DNA from: Phycisphaerales bacterium | Lineage (GTDB): Bacteria; Planctomycetota; Phycisphaerae; Phycisphaerales; UBA1924 | Direction of reading: 5' to 3' | Assembly (NCBI GenBank): GCA_965227775.1 | Contig: OZ245777.1 | Coordinates: forward strand, 1,376,001-1,440,000 | DNA: 64,000 nucleotides | Part shown: piece after piece, positions 1 through 7,662 of the stretch | Position numbering within the stretch: position 1 is the first letter of the stretch | Layout: every line of letters begins with the position of its first letter | The notes under the pieces: model-generated | Told to the model about the DNA's origin: nothing | The model's database searches: none | The model's input: the letters and a program-made list of their open reading frames with translations, nothing else | Program-made: the position numbers and the translations under genes

Positions 1-295
1 TGGTCGCGATGACGTCCAGCGGCGCAAGCCTGCGCACGGGCCGGAGCGCCGCCCAGAAGATCAGGCCGTTGGCGACGACGCCCGCCACGCTGAGGCCGAG
101 CAGCGAGGCGAGCGCTCCGGGCGGCGCATCGGCGAGCTGCTTGAGAGACTCGCGGTTCTCCTCGCTCAGCGCCAGCCTCACGCACCAGCCGAGCAGCCCG
201 ATGCCGATGAGAAAGCCCACGACCTGCAACGCGAGCCTCGCTCCCGATCGTGGGGAGGGTGCGGCTTCTTGCGGTGTTGGTGCGTCGTCATCCAT
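1..295 (-). CDS. Membrane protein, lysylphosphatidylglycerol-synthase TM/flippase-like family (3' end runs off the window)
   Basis: Not in the ORF track. Manual translation from ATG at 295 gives MDDDAPTPQEAAPSPRSGARLALQVVGFLIGIGLLGWCVRLALSEENRESL...ANGLIFWAALRPV, open to the window edge. It has hydrophobic helices and starts 12 nt after the upstream gene's stop. Confidence 0.6.
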   Translation of the reverse strand, partial: MDDDAPTPQEAAPSPRSGARLALQVVGFLIGIGLLGWCVRLALSEENRESLKQLADAPPGALASLLGLSVAGVVANGLIFWAALRPVRRLAPLDVIAT

Positions 296-307
296 GCGCG
301 GCGGGGG

Positions 308-2338
308 CTATTGCTGGCCCAGGTCGATCAGGATACGCCCGAGCGGACCGGGGCCGGGCCAATAGCCCGCCGGGGCTCCCTGCGATGCAAGCTCTCCGAT
401 GGCTCGCGGCGTGAGCGCCGGATCGAGCCAGCCCGAGTCGCGCAGCCTGCTCAGCTCCATCTCGTCGATCACCAGCCAGCGAACGCCTGCCTCCTTCAGC
501 GTCCGGGCCTGCGACGCCGGATCGTCGGGGTGGGCTTGCACGACCTGGACGAGCAATCCCGCGTCCCAGGTCGTTGCATACTCCACACCACGCACGAAAT
601 ACAGAGGCGCACCGTCGCCCACCAGCAACACGCGGCCAGTCCCCTCGGGCAGCCGGAAGTTCACGTAGCCGTGCGGCGAAGCGTCGGGCTCGATCTCGCC
701 CGTAAACCACGCCGGCCCTGGTGCGATGAACACGCCCGGCTGGCCTCGGCCCTCCTTCGAGTACGACCACGCCAGCCAGCCCGCCTGCGCGACGGCCATC
801 ACGATTGCGATCCACATGCCGACCCTGGCGAATCGCGCGAGCACGACCGCAAGCAGCGGACCACCCGCCAGCACGATCGGCACCAGGAATCGGCTCTGGA
901 TGTGCGTCAGCACCAGCCAGGCCAGCAGCTGCACACCCAGTCCGATGGCGAGTGCGACGACCACCCGATGCCGGCGCGCGAGGGGCGCGACTATCCCGGC
1001 GAGCACGCAAGCTACGCCCACCAAGCCCCAGTGGGGATGCAACAGCCCGCGCATTGACGAACCGCTCGGGAACGGCCCGTTCGGATCGGGCAGGAACATC
1101 AGTTTCACCCGATCGAGTGCGGAGCCGTCGAACATGTGCCCGCTCGCCCAGCGTGCGTGCTGCTCGGTGGTCCAGTGGCCCTGGCCCAACGTGCCGGCAA
1201 GCTGTGGGAACACGGGGTTGCCCGTCGCGAGCCCGTTGCGAACCAGCCACGGCAGCAGCGTCGCGACACCAACGAGCACGCCAACCGCGCCACACTTCCA
1301 CCACACTCGAGCGGGCGTGGTCGCGATCAGCACCGCGCCGACGACGGGTCCCACCATGAACAGCGCCGTCGGCTTGGCACCGCAGGCCGATCCAACGAGG
1401 AATGCGGCGAGCGCCCACCGGTTGATGTTGGAGCCCGTCGCGAGCGCTGCCAGCAGCGCACCCGCCCCCAATACGAGCACTGCGGGCTCGTTGTACGCCA
1501 GGCTGCCCGTCACCACCATCCACGGCGTCGCGAGCACGAGCGCCCCGATGGCCGTGGCAACGCTTGTCCGTGGCTTGGCGCCTTCGGGAATGACCAGCCA
1601 GCAGACGCGCGCGATGAGCGCGACCGCGACCAGCAGCACCAGCGCGCTCAGGCTCTGAAACGACATCAGCCCCAGCCCCGAGCCCGCCGCCGGGTGCTCG
1701 CCCGCGATCGCCGACAGGTGATAGAACGCTGCCTCCATGTACCCCGGCAGAAACGAGTACACGTTGTGCTCGACCGGCCACAACTGCCCGCTTGCCAGCC
1801 ATTCCGCCGGCAGCTGGGCGTGGTAGCTTCTCGTGTCGTAGCCCAACCCCTCGCTCGCCCACAGCCATCCCGGCGGGCTGCAGGCCGCGACCGCGAGCAC
1901 CGCGACGCCGGGGATCAAGGCCAGCGACGAAGGGTGCACGCTTGCGGCACCCTCGCCCCGACCCCTCATGAATTCGACCGCCAACAACAGCAAGCCCAGC
2001 ACCACCGGCGCGCCGGCGATGATCCGACGCCCGCCGGCTCCACACCACTCAAACACCCCGAGCACGCCCAGCGCATGGCTGAGGCCCAGCATGATGCCAA
2101 GCCCGACGGCGGGCGCGAGCCACGCCGCCGCCGTCCGGTCGTCCATCCATCGCAGCGCCAGGGCGCCCAAGCCCCATGCTCCGGCCACGTACGCCCCGGC
2201 CAGCACGCCCGACGTCGCCCACACGCTGGCGACGGCCACCAGCGTCGCCGGCCACGAGACAACGCCCACGGCCGCGATCCCCGCAACGCCAACAAAGAGC
2301 GCCACGACAAGCAGACCGGCCAGCTTCTTCGAGCTCAC
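308..2338 (-). CDS. Polytopic membrane protein, probable GT-C fold (ArnT/PMT-like) glycosyltransferase
   Basis: More than 12 hydrophobic segments, a GYDTRSYH loop after the N-terminal helices, and AK-P, NPVFP and SRFL motifs typical of GT-C-like proteins. The GTG start overlaps the upstream stop (GTGA at 2335-2338). Confidence 0.6.
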   Translation of the reverse strand: MSSKKLAGLLVVALFVGVAGIAAVGVVSWPATLVAVASVWATSGVLAGAYVAGAWGLGALALRWMDDRTAAAWLAPAVGLGIMLGLSHALGVLGVFEWCGAGGRRIIAGAPVVLGLLLLAVEFMRGRGEGAASVHPSSLALIPGVAVLAVAACSPPGWLWASEGLGYDTRSYHAQLPAEWLASGQLWPVEHNVYSFLPGYMEAAFYHLSAIAGEHPAAGSGLGLMSFQSLSALVLLVAVALIARVCWLVIPEGAKPRTSVATAIGALVLATPWMVVTGSLAYNEPAVLVLGAGALLAALATGSNINRWALAAFLVGSACGAKPTALFMVGPVVGAVLIATTPARVWWKCGAVGVLVGVATLLPWLVRNGLATGNPVFPQLAGTLGQGHWTTEQHARWASGHMFDGSALDRVKLMFLPDPNGPFPSGSSMRGLLHPHWGLVGVACVLAGIVAPLARRHRVVVALAIGLGVQLLAWLVLTHIQSRFLVPIVLAGGPLLAVVLARFARVGMWIAIVMAVAQAGWLAWSYSKEGRGQPGVFIAPGPAWFTGEIEPDASPHGYVNFRLPEGTGRVLLVGDGAPLYFVRGVEYATTWDAGLLVQVVQAHPDDPASQARTLKEAGVRWLVIDEMELSRLRDSGWLDPALTPRAIGELASQGAPAGYWPGPGPLGRILIDLGQQ

Positions 2339-3156
2339 CGCCCGTCCTCGGGCACGAAGAAGCCCATTCGTGAGGCGGTCTGCAGGGCGTCGCTGTCTTG
2401 CACGAGCCACCGGACGAAGTCCGCTCCCGCTTCGCTGAACCACGCCGCATGGTGCATCGTCGCATCGCCGTGTGGTTGATCGAGATAGCCCACGATGCGC
2501 ACGCGCCTCGCGTCGGCATCGCTGCCAAAGACGACTCCGAAAGATTCTTCGGGTGGCGAGCGCTTGGCGAAGTACGAGACGCGTTCGACGATCATCTCAC
2601 CGCCGTCGAAGTTGCCCGACGCCAGCGCGACCTCGCCCCACAGCCCGCTCTCTCGCAGCGACGCGCGCGTCCAGCGACCAAGGGCCGTCCGCTCGAGCGC
2701 GACGTGCACGGGCGCTCTGCCCATGGCCAGTTCTCGACGGTCGAGGGTCGAGCCGTTGGCAACAACGACCGCCAGTGTGTTGCCGAGCCACGGCCCCTCG
2801 CCCATTGGCGTGCGCGTCAGGTCGCCAATCTGGTGCACGCTCTCGCTCAGGTAGGCGTCGGCCTCGGCCCCGCGATCCAGGCGCATCGCCAGCCAATCGG
2901 CCTGGTCCATCCGCGCTGTGCGTGCTCCCTCGTAGATCACCAGGTCGATGCCCGGCGTCGTGCCCTCGTACAGCGGCTCGAGCCGGCGAACGAGCGGGGC
3001 CAGCACCGGATCGACCGCGACTCGGACGGCAACGAGGCCTCGCCCGGGCACGGCCTCCGCCCTGCCAGACGCGTCTGGCCATCGGCTGAAGGTCTCGGGT
3101 TTCATGGCGCAGCCGCAGCCAATAAGAACGCAGACCCACAGCCAGCCAGCAACCAT
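2335..3156 (-). CDS. Periplasmic substrate-binding lipoprotein, ModA/PBP2-like
   Basis: Lipobox-like LIGC; ADAYLS, LGNTLAVVV, ALGRWTRASL and FGVVFGSDA segments resemble the ModA fold. No modB/modC nearby. Confidence 0.55.
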   Translation of the reverse strand: MVAGWLWVCVLIGCGCAMKPETFSRWPDASGRAEAVPGRGLVAVRVAVDPVLAPLVRRLEPLYEGTTPGIDLVIYEGARTARMDQADWLAMRLDRGAEADAYLSESVHQIGDLTRTPMGEGPWLGNTLAVVVANGSTLDRRELAMGRAPVHVALERTALGRWTRASLRESGLWGEVALASGNFDGGEMIVERVSYFAKRSPPEESFGVVFGSDADARRVRIVGYLDQPHGDATMHHAAWFSEAGADFVRWLVQDSDALQTASRMGFFVPEDGR

Positions 3157-3333
3157 GCCTCGCACGGCACATTCTTCGGGTTCTCGGGCTCCAGGGCTTT
3201 GTAATGGGCCCCACCCGTGAAACCTCTGGGCCAGCCCGCCCAACAATGCCCCGTCCCCCAGCCGGATTCACTCCGGCCGACCCCGTCCGCCGCAGCCCCT
3301 CGGGAGCCCGCCATGCACGCCGCTGCCTTTGCC

Positions 3334-3801
3334 ATGAACTCCGGGAACTCGGCCGACGAGCAGCCGCCCGCGACCGACGGCAAGGAATTCGTCGAGCCCA
3401 TGGTCACAGACGAAGACTGCCAGTGGGCCCTGTGGACGCACCTGGGCCCGCTGCTGGCCGCCGTCATCACCTCGGGAGCGATCGCCCCGCTGGCGATTGC
3501 CTGGGGCCTGTACGTCATGCATGGGCCGGGCAAGAACCGCCCATTCGTGGCCGATCACGGGCGAGAGATGTTCAACTTCGCCTTGAGCTACACGCTCTAC
3601 TGGACGGTCGGCACGATCGTCATCGGCATTGTCACGTTCGGCGCCGGGCTGCTGGTGTTCATGCCCGCTCTCGTGATCCTGGGCCTGGTGGGCACGATCC
3701 AGGCCAGCATCGCCGCCGCCAAGGGTCGCTACTACCGGTACCCCATGTGCTTCCGGTTCATGAAGTCGGCCGAAGAGCGGGCCGCCGCCAACGCCGCCTG
3801 A
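3334..3801 (+). CDS. DUF4870 family membrane protein
   Basis: WALWTHL, FVADHGREMFNF and G.YYRYP motifs with three TM helices. Start is 3313 or 3334. Confidence 0.85.
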   Translation: MNSGNSADEQPPATDGKEFVEPMVTDEDCQWALWTHLGPLLAAVITSGAIAPLAIAWGLYVMHGPGKNRPFVADHGREMFNFALSYTLYWTVGTIVIGIVTFGAGLLVFMPALVILGLVGTIQASIAAAKGRYYRYPMCFRFMKSAEERAAANAA

Positions 3802-3848
3802 CGCAAGAAGGCGGGCTCGGCCCGCCGTGCGGCTAAACTCTGGTCGTC

Positions 3849-4655
3849 GTGCCCCTGCTCGAAGCGACCAACCTGCACAAAAGCTTCAACGGGCGCGAGG
3901 TCGTGCGCGGGGTCAGCTTCTCCGTGGGCCGGGCCGAAATCGTCGGCCTGCTCGGCCGAAACGGCGCTGGCAAGACCACCAGCTTCCGCATGACCATCGG
4001 CATGCTCGCCGCCGACGAGGGCAACGTCCATTTCGACGGCCAGGACGTCGCGCCGCTGCCCATGTACAAGCGGGCGCGCCTGGGCATGGGTTACCTCAGT
4101 CAGGAGCCCAGCGTCTTCCAGCGGCTCACGTGCGAGCAGAATCTGCTGGCCATCCTCGAAACGCTGCATCTCTCGCGCAGCGAGCGCAAGCAGAAGGCCG
4201 CCGAGTTGCTCGACCGTTTCGGCCTCACGAAGAAGGCCAAGGAGAAGGCTCGTACGTGTTCGGGCGGCGAGCGTCGCAAGCTCGAGATCGCGCGGGCGCT
4301 GGTCACCAACCCTCGCATCATCCTGCTCGATGAGCCCTTCAGCGGGGTCGATCCCATCGCCGTCGAGGACCTGCAGCACGAGATCCGCATGCTGCGTGAC
4401 GCGGGCATCGCGTGCCTCATTACCGACCACAACGTGCACCAGACGCTCAAGGTCTGCGATCGGGCCTACATCATTAACGATGGCAAGGTCTTCGCCGAAG
4501 GCGCCCCGGGCCCGCTGATCAAGAACGAACTTGTCCGCCAGACGTACCTTGGCGGGCTCTTCCGCGGCGATGAGTTCGACACGCCCGACGCGCCGGCATC
4601 CATACGTCGGCGTCGCAGGCAAGGCGGCGGCACCGCAACGGAGCCAAGCCCGTGA
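3849..4655 (+). CDS. lptB: LPS export ABC transporter ATP-binding protein
   Basis: GRNGAGKTT Walker A, PMYKRARLGMGYLSQEPSVF, DEPFSGVDPIAV, ITDHNV and YLG: canonical LptB motifs. Confidence 0.95.
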   Translation: MPLLEATNLHKSFNGREVVRGVSFSVGRAEIVGLLGRNGAGKTTSFRMTIGMLAADEGNVHFDGQDVAPLPMYKRARLGMGYLSQEPSVFQRLTCEQNLLAILETLHLSRSERKQKAAELLDRFGLTKKAKEKARTCSGGERRKLEIARALVTNPRIILLDEPFSGVDPIAVEDLQHEIRMLRDAGIACLITDHNVHQTLKVCDRAYIINDGKVFAEGAPGPLIKNELVRQTYLGGLFRGDEFDTPDAPASIRRRRRQGGGTATEPSP

Positions 4656-5068
4656 TGAAGCCGGCAGTCAGGCAGACGATTGCGCGCACGTTCCCGGTCA
4701 TCTCGCTCGCGCTGCTGAGCGCCTGCACCTCGCGCACCATCGTGGTCACGAGCGAGCCGCCCGGGGCCCTCGTCACGCTCAACGGCGTCGAGGTGGGCGC
4801 CACGCCGCTTGAGGTCGGTTTCCGCTACTACGGGCAATACGACCTGCGCCTCCGCAAGGACGGCTACCAGCCCCTGGCCGCCGCTCCGTGGGCGAACGCG
4901 CCCTGGTACGAGTACCCACCCATCGACTTCGTACTGCTGCCCTTTCTAATCGAGACGCGCGTCGAGTGGCACTACGAGCTCGAGCCGGTCTCGGTCGAGC
5001 AGGACGCGGCCGACGCGCTCATCGATCGAGGCGAGCAGATGCGCCGGGCGGTCGAGCCGGGGGCGTAG
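4652..5068 (+). CDS. PEGA-domain lipoprotein
   Basis: Lipobox LSAC followed by VTSEPPGALVTLNGVEVGATP and LRKDGY (PEGA signature). Start overlaps the lptB stop. Confidence 0.85.
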   Translation: MMKPAVRQTIARTFPVISLALLSACTSRTIVVTSEPPGALVTLNGVEVGATPLEVGFRYYGQYDLRLRKDGYQPLAAAPWANAPWYEYPPIDFVLLPFLIETRVEWHYELEPVSVEQDAADALIDRGEQMRRAVEPGA

Positions 5069-5084
5069 CGGCGGGTCTCGCTCG

Positions 5085-5597
5085 CTAGTCGACGTGCAAC
5101 TGGCCGATCTCGGAGGGCCGCGCCGGATTTGGCGGGTCGCCGTTGATCCTCGCGCTGACTACACGTCCGATATATAGCTCGTGATCGGCGTCCATGTCGA
5201 CGTGGCGGACCACCTCGCAGTCGAACGCGAGCGCACTCGATTGCAGGATCGGTGCGCCCGTTTCCAGCGTCACCACGGCGAGGGCGTCGAACGGGTCGTG
5301 GAACTCCTCCGCGGAGGGGTACCGCTCGAAGCGACGACGCATGATCCGATCGTCGACCGGTACGCTCGCCACCGCGAAGGTGCGGGCGTCGCGGATGAGA
5401 GGCTCGATGCGATGGCCGCGGCGGACCGGTACGCAGATCAGCAGCGGCTCGGTCGAGCACAGGTGGACACCGAGAGCGAGAACACCCGCCCGCTCGCCGT
5501 CGTGGCTGGACGACAGCAGGAACAGGCCCGATGGGAGGCGATCGCATGCTTCGGCGATCAGCCGTTGCTCGGCAGGATCGAGGTTGGTTTCGGTCAC
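5085..5597 (-). CDS. Flavin reductase-like FMN-binding protein
   Basis: LPSGLFLL, STEPLLI, GAPIL, FDCEV and DHELYIGRV motifs. GTG start with GGGAGA upstream. Confidence 0.85.
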   Translation of the reverse strand: MTETNLDPAEQRLIAEACDRLPSGLFLLSSSHDGERAGVLALGVHLCSTEPLLICVPVRRGHRIEPLIRDARTFAVASVPVDDRIMRRRFERYPSAEEFHDPFDALAVVTLETGAPILQSSALAFDCEVVRHVDMDADHELYIGRVVSARINGDPPNPARPSEIGQLHVD

Positions 5598-5754
5598 GCG
5601 ATCTCCCGGAGTAGGGGGACGGACCCGAGTGTACGGATACCGGACCATGGCGGATCCCCGGCACGGTGCTCATAAACACAACCCTATCAGAAACGGCAGA
5701 TTTGGAGATTGGCTGGATCAAAAAGTGAAGAAACGCCGAAATCGGGCACAGATA

Positions 5755-5791
5755 GTGTTGCATTGTGGGGCAAAGTGGGTCATAATCCCAC
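5755..5791 (+). promoter_or_regulatory. mraZ sigma70-type promoter with overlapping MraZ operator boxes
   Basis: TTGCAT (5758-63), 17-nt spacer, CATAAT (5781-86). GTGGG boxes at 5765 and 5775 (10-bp period), a degenerate GTGTT at 5755 and an inverted CCCAC at 5787. Confidence 0.8.
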
Positions 5792-5819
5792 GCAATGCCC
5801 CTCGTGAGTGCCCCCATCG

Positions 5820-6263
5820 ATGCTCTTCACCGGACATGCCGAGCACAGCATCGACGCCAAGCTGCGTCTCTCGCTGCCCAAGAAGCATCGGAGCCAGTGG
5901 GACCCCGAGGAGCAGGGCGACCAGTGGTACTGCGTTCCCTGGCCCAACGGCATCCTGCGGCTCTACCCGGCCAAGACCTTCGAGCGGCTGGCCGAGCAGA
6001 GCTCCGAGAGCCTGACGCCCAACGAGGATCAAGGCGAGCTCGAAGCCACGCTGTATGGCCTGGCCGAGATGCTGACGGTCGACGGACAAGGCCGGATCAT
6101 GCTGCCCAAGGAGCACCTGGAGATGACCGAGCTCGGGCGTGCGGTGGTGGTCGTCGGCGTGCGCAATCGGCTGGAGATCCACGACCAGGACGGCTGGCAA
6201 GCGGAACGAGCAAGGCGCTTCGCCGACTTGCCCAACCTGGTCCGAAAGGTCGATTCGAAATGA
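5820..6263 (+). CDS. mraZ: Division/cell wall cluster transcriptional repressor MraZ
   Basis: MLFTGHAEHSIDAKLRLSLP and DGQGRIMLP...VVVGVRNRLEI, i.e. two SpoVT/AbrB-type repeats; 147 aa. Confidence 0.93.
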   Translation: MLFTGHAEHSIDAKLRLSLPKKHRSQWDPEEQGDQWYCVPWPNGILRLYPAKTFERLAEQSSESLTPNEDQGELEATLYGLAEMLTVDGQGRIMLPKEHLEMTELGRAVVVVGVRNRLEIHDQDGWQAERARRFADLPNLVRKVDSK

Positions 6264-6269
6264 TCGAGG

Positions 6270-6672
6270 GCACGGACAGCCCGCAGGCCTCATCACGCTT
6301 TGCCGGACGCGAAGCGGCGGGGGCCCGATCGAGTACGAGCATCGGCGTCCTGCCAATGGATGCCAGCGGCAGTCGGAGAGAGAGGGGTGGCGGCCTCGGC
6401 TGACATTCTGGGGCGCCAGCCGTTCTGAACGACGGTGGGCGCGTTTTCGAGGGGCCCGCAAGGCTGCGGGTAACACACGCGGTTGTGCGAGGGGCTCAAG
6501 GACGAGCCCCGGCGTGATCCCCCTCGAAGGGCATCTCTCTCCTCCCTCGTGGGGCTCTCGGGGCGATCCCGATGGCCCGCTTTCAAGACACCACCGGCTC
6601 CGCGGCAGTTCCCACCACCACCACTTTGCTGCGAGCCACTCGATCCGCCCCGGCACCACCCGGGGCGGATCT
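6270..6672 (+). ncRNA. Candidate large structured RNA (3' UTR or sRNA) downstream of mraZ; family unidentified
   Basis: Nested perfect helices at 6375-83/6534-42, 6446-54/6520-28, 6455-60/6465-70, 6491-97/6504-10 and 6642-53/6660-71, plus a G-U-containing helix at 6596-6608/6626-37. No credible ORF. Confidence 0.55.
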
Positions 6673-6676
6673 CGTT
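6642..6676. terminator. 12-bp hairpin between convergent mraZ and DUF427 units
   Basis: GATCCGCCCCGG-CACCAC-CCGGGGCGGATC with only a weak U tail. Confidence 0.55.
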
Positions 6677-6692
6677 GGGGCTTGTCGCGGAC

Positions 6693-6977
6693 TTACCCCT
6701 CGACTTCGACGCCGCGCCAGAAGGCCACGTAGCCCTCGAAACTCTTGGCCTGCGGCTTCGTGTCGGGGTAGTACCACGCTGCGTGCTCGGCGGTCTTGCC
6801 ATCAACGACAACGTCGTAGTACTTCGCTTCGCCCTTCCACGGGCAGTTGGTGGTCAGGGCGTTGTCCTTAAGGAACTCGCGCTTGATCGAATCGGGCGGA
6901 AAGTAGTGGTTGCCCTCGACGATCTCGGTCTTGTCCGACTCGGCCACGACCTGGCCGTTGAAAACTGCTCGCGCCAT
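6693..6977 (-). CDS. DUF427 domain protein
   Basis: VEGNHYFPPDS, CPWKGEAKYY and AAWYYP motifs; AGGAG RBS. Confidence 0.93.
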   Translation of the reverse strand: MARAVFNGQVVAESDKTEIVEGNHYFPPDSIKREFLKDNALTTNCPWKGEAKYYDVVVDGKTAEHAAWYYPDTKPQAKSFEGYVAFWRGVEVEG

Positions 6978-7044
6978 CGAGTTTCTCCTATGGGTGGTCT
7001 AGCGGTCTCGCTCTGGGGCAGGGCCGGCTAGCCTTGCTGCCTTG

Positions 7045-7602
7045 ATGCCCGACCACGACGCATTACCGTATAAGCTCGCGTGCCTGTGCGATCTGCGCGA
7101 CCGCAATGGCCGTGTACTGCTGATCGAACGTCGCAAGTCGCCCAACCTGGGCCTCTGCTCGCCGATTGGCGGGAAGCTCGATACCGCCCTCGGTGAATCT
7201 CCCCACCAGTGCGCCCAGCGAGAGATCCAGGAGGAGGCGGGCATCGACGTGCCGATCGAGCGGCTGCACTTGATGGGTCTGGTCAGCGAGCGGGCGTTCG
7301 AGGGCAAGGGCCACTGGCTGATGTTCTACTTCCGCGTGCTGGGCCCGGTCGAGGTGCCCGAGCAGGACATCCCTGAAGGGCGCTTGCGGTGGTTCGAGCC
7401 GGGACAGATCACCGACTTGCCGCTGCCCGAGACCGATCGCTCGATCATCTGGCCGCTCGTCGACGAGCACGACCACGAGCACCTGACGCGGGCAGACGCC
7501 CATCGCCCGGGCCTGCCTGGCCTTTTCGCGGTCCACATCGACTGCCGGAATGAACGCCTGGCATGGTCCGTGGAACAAACCGGGCGTGCTTCCCAAACGT
7601 AA
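7045..7602 (+). CDS. NUDIX hydrolase
   Basis: Nudix box GGKLDTALGESPHQCAQREIQEEAGI. Confidence 0.9.
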   Translation: MPDHDALPYKLACLCDLRDRNGRVLLIERRKSPNLGLCSPIGGKLDTALGESPHQCAQREIQEEAGIDVPIERLHLMGLVSERAFEGKGHWLMFYFRVLGPVEVPEQDIPEGRLRWFEPGQITDLPLPETDRSIIWPLVDEHDHEHLTRADAHRPGLPGLFAVHIDCRNERLAWSVEQTGRASQT

Positions 7603-7662
7603 GGTTGACGAGAAGGGCAATTCGGCGGGGGCCCGGGACCGATCGCAATATACTTGCTACGC

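Noticed and set aside
6270..6672. Assignment to RNase P RNA, tmRNA, SRP, 6S RNA or a tRNA
   Set aside because: By eye there is no GAGGAAAGUCC, no T-arm GTTCGA...CCA end, no SRP GGAA/AGCAG loop and no long 6S-type duplex on either strand. A covariance-model search is still needed.
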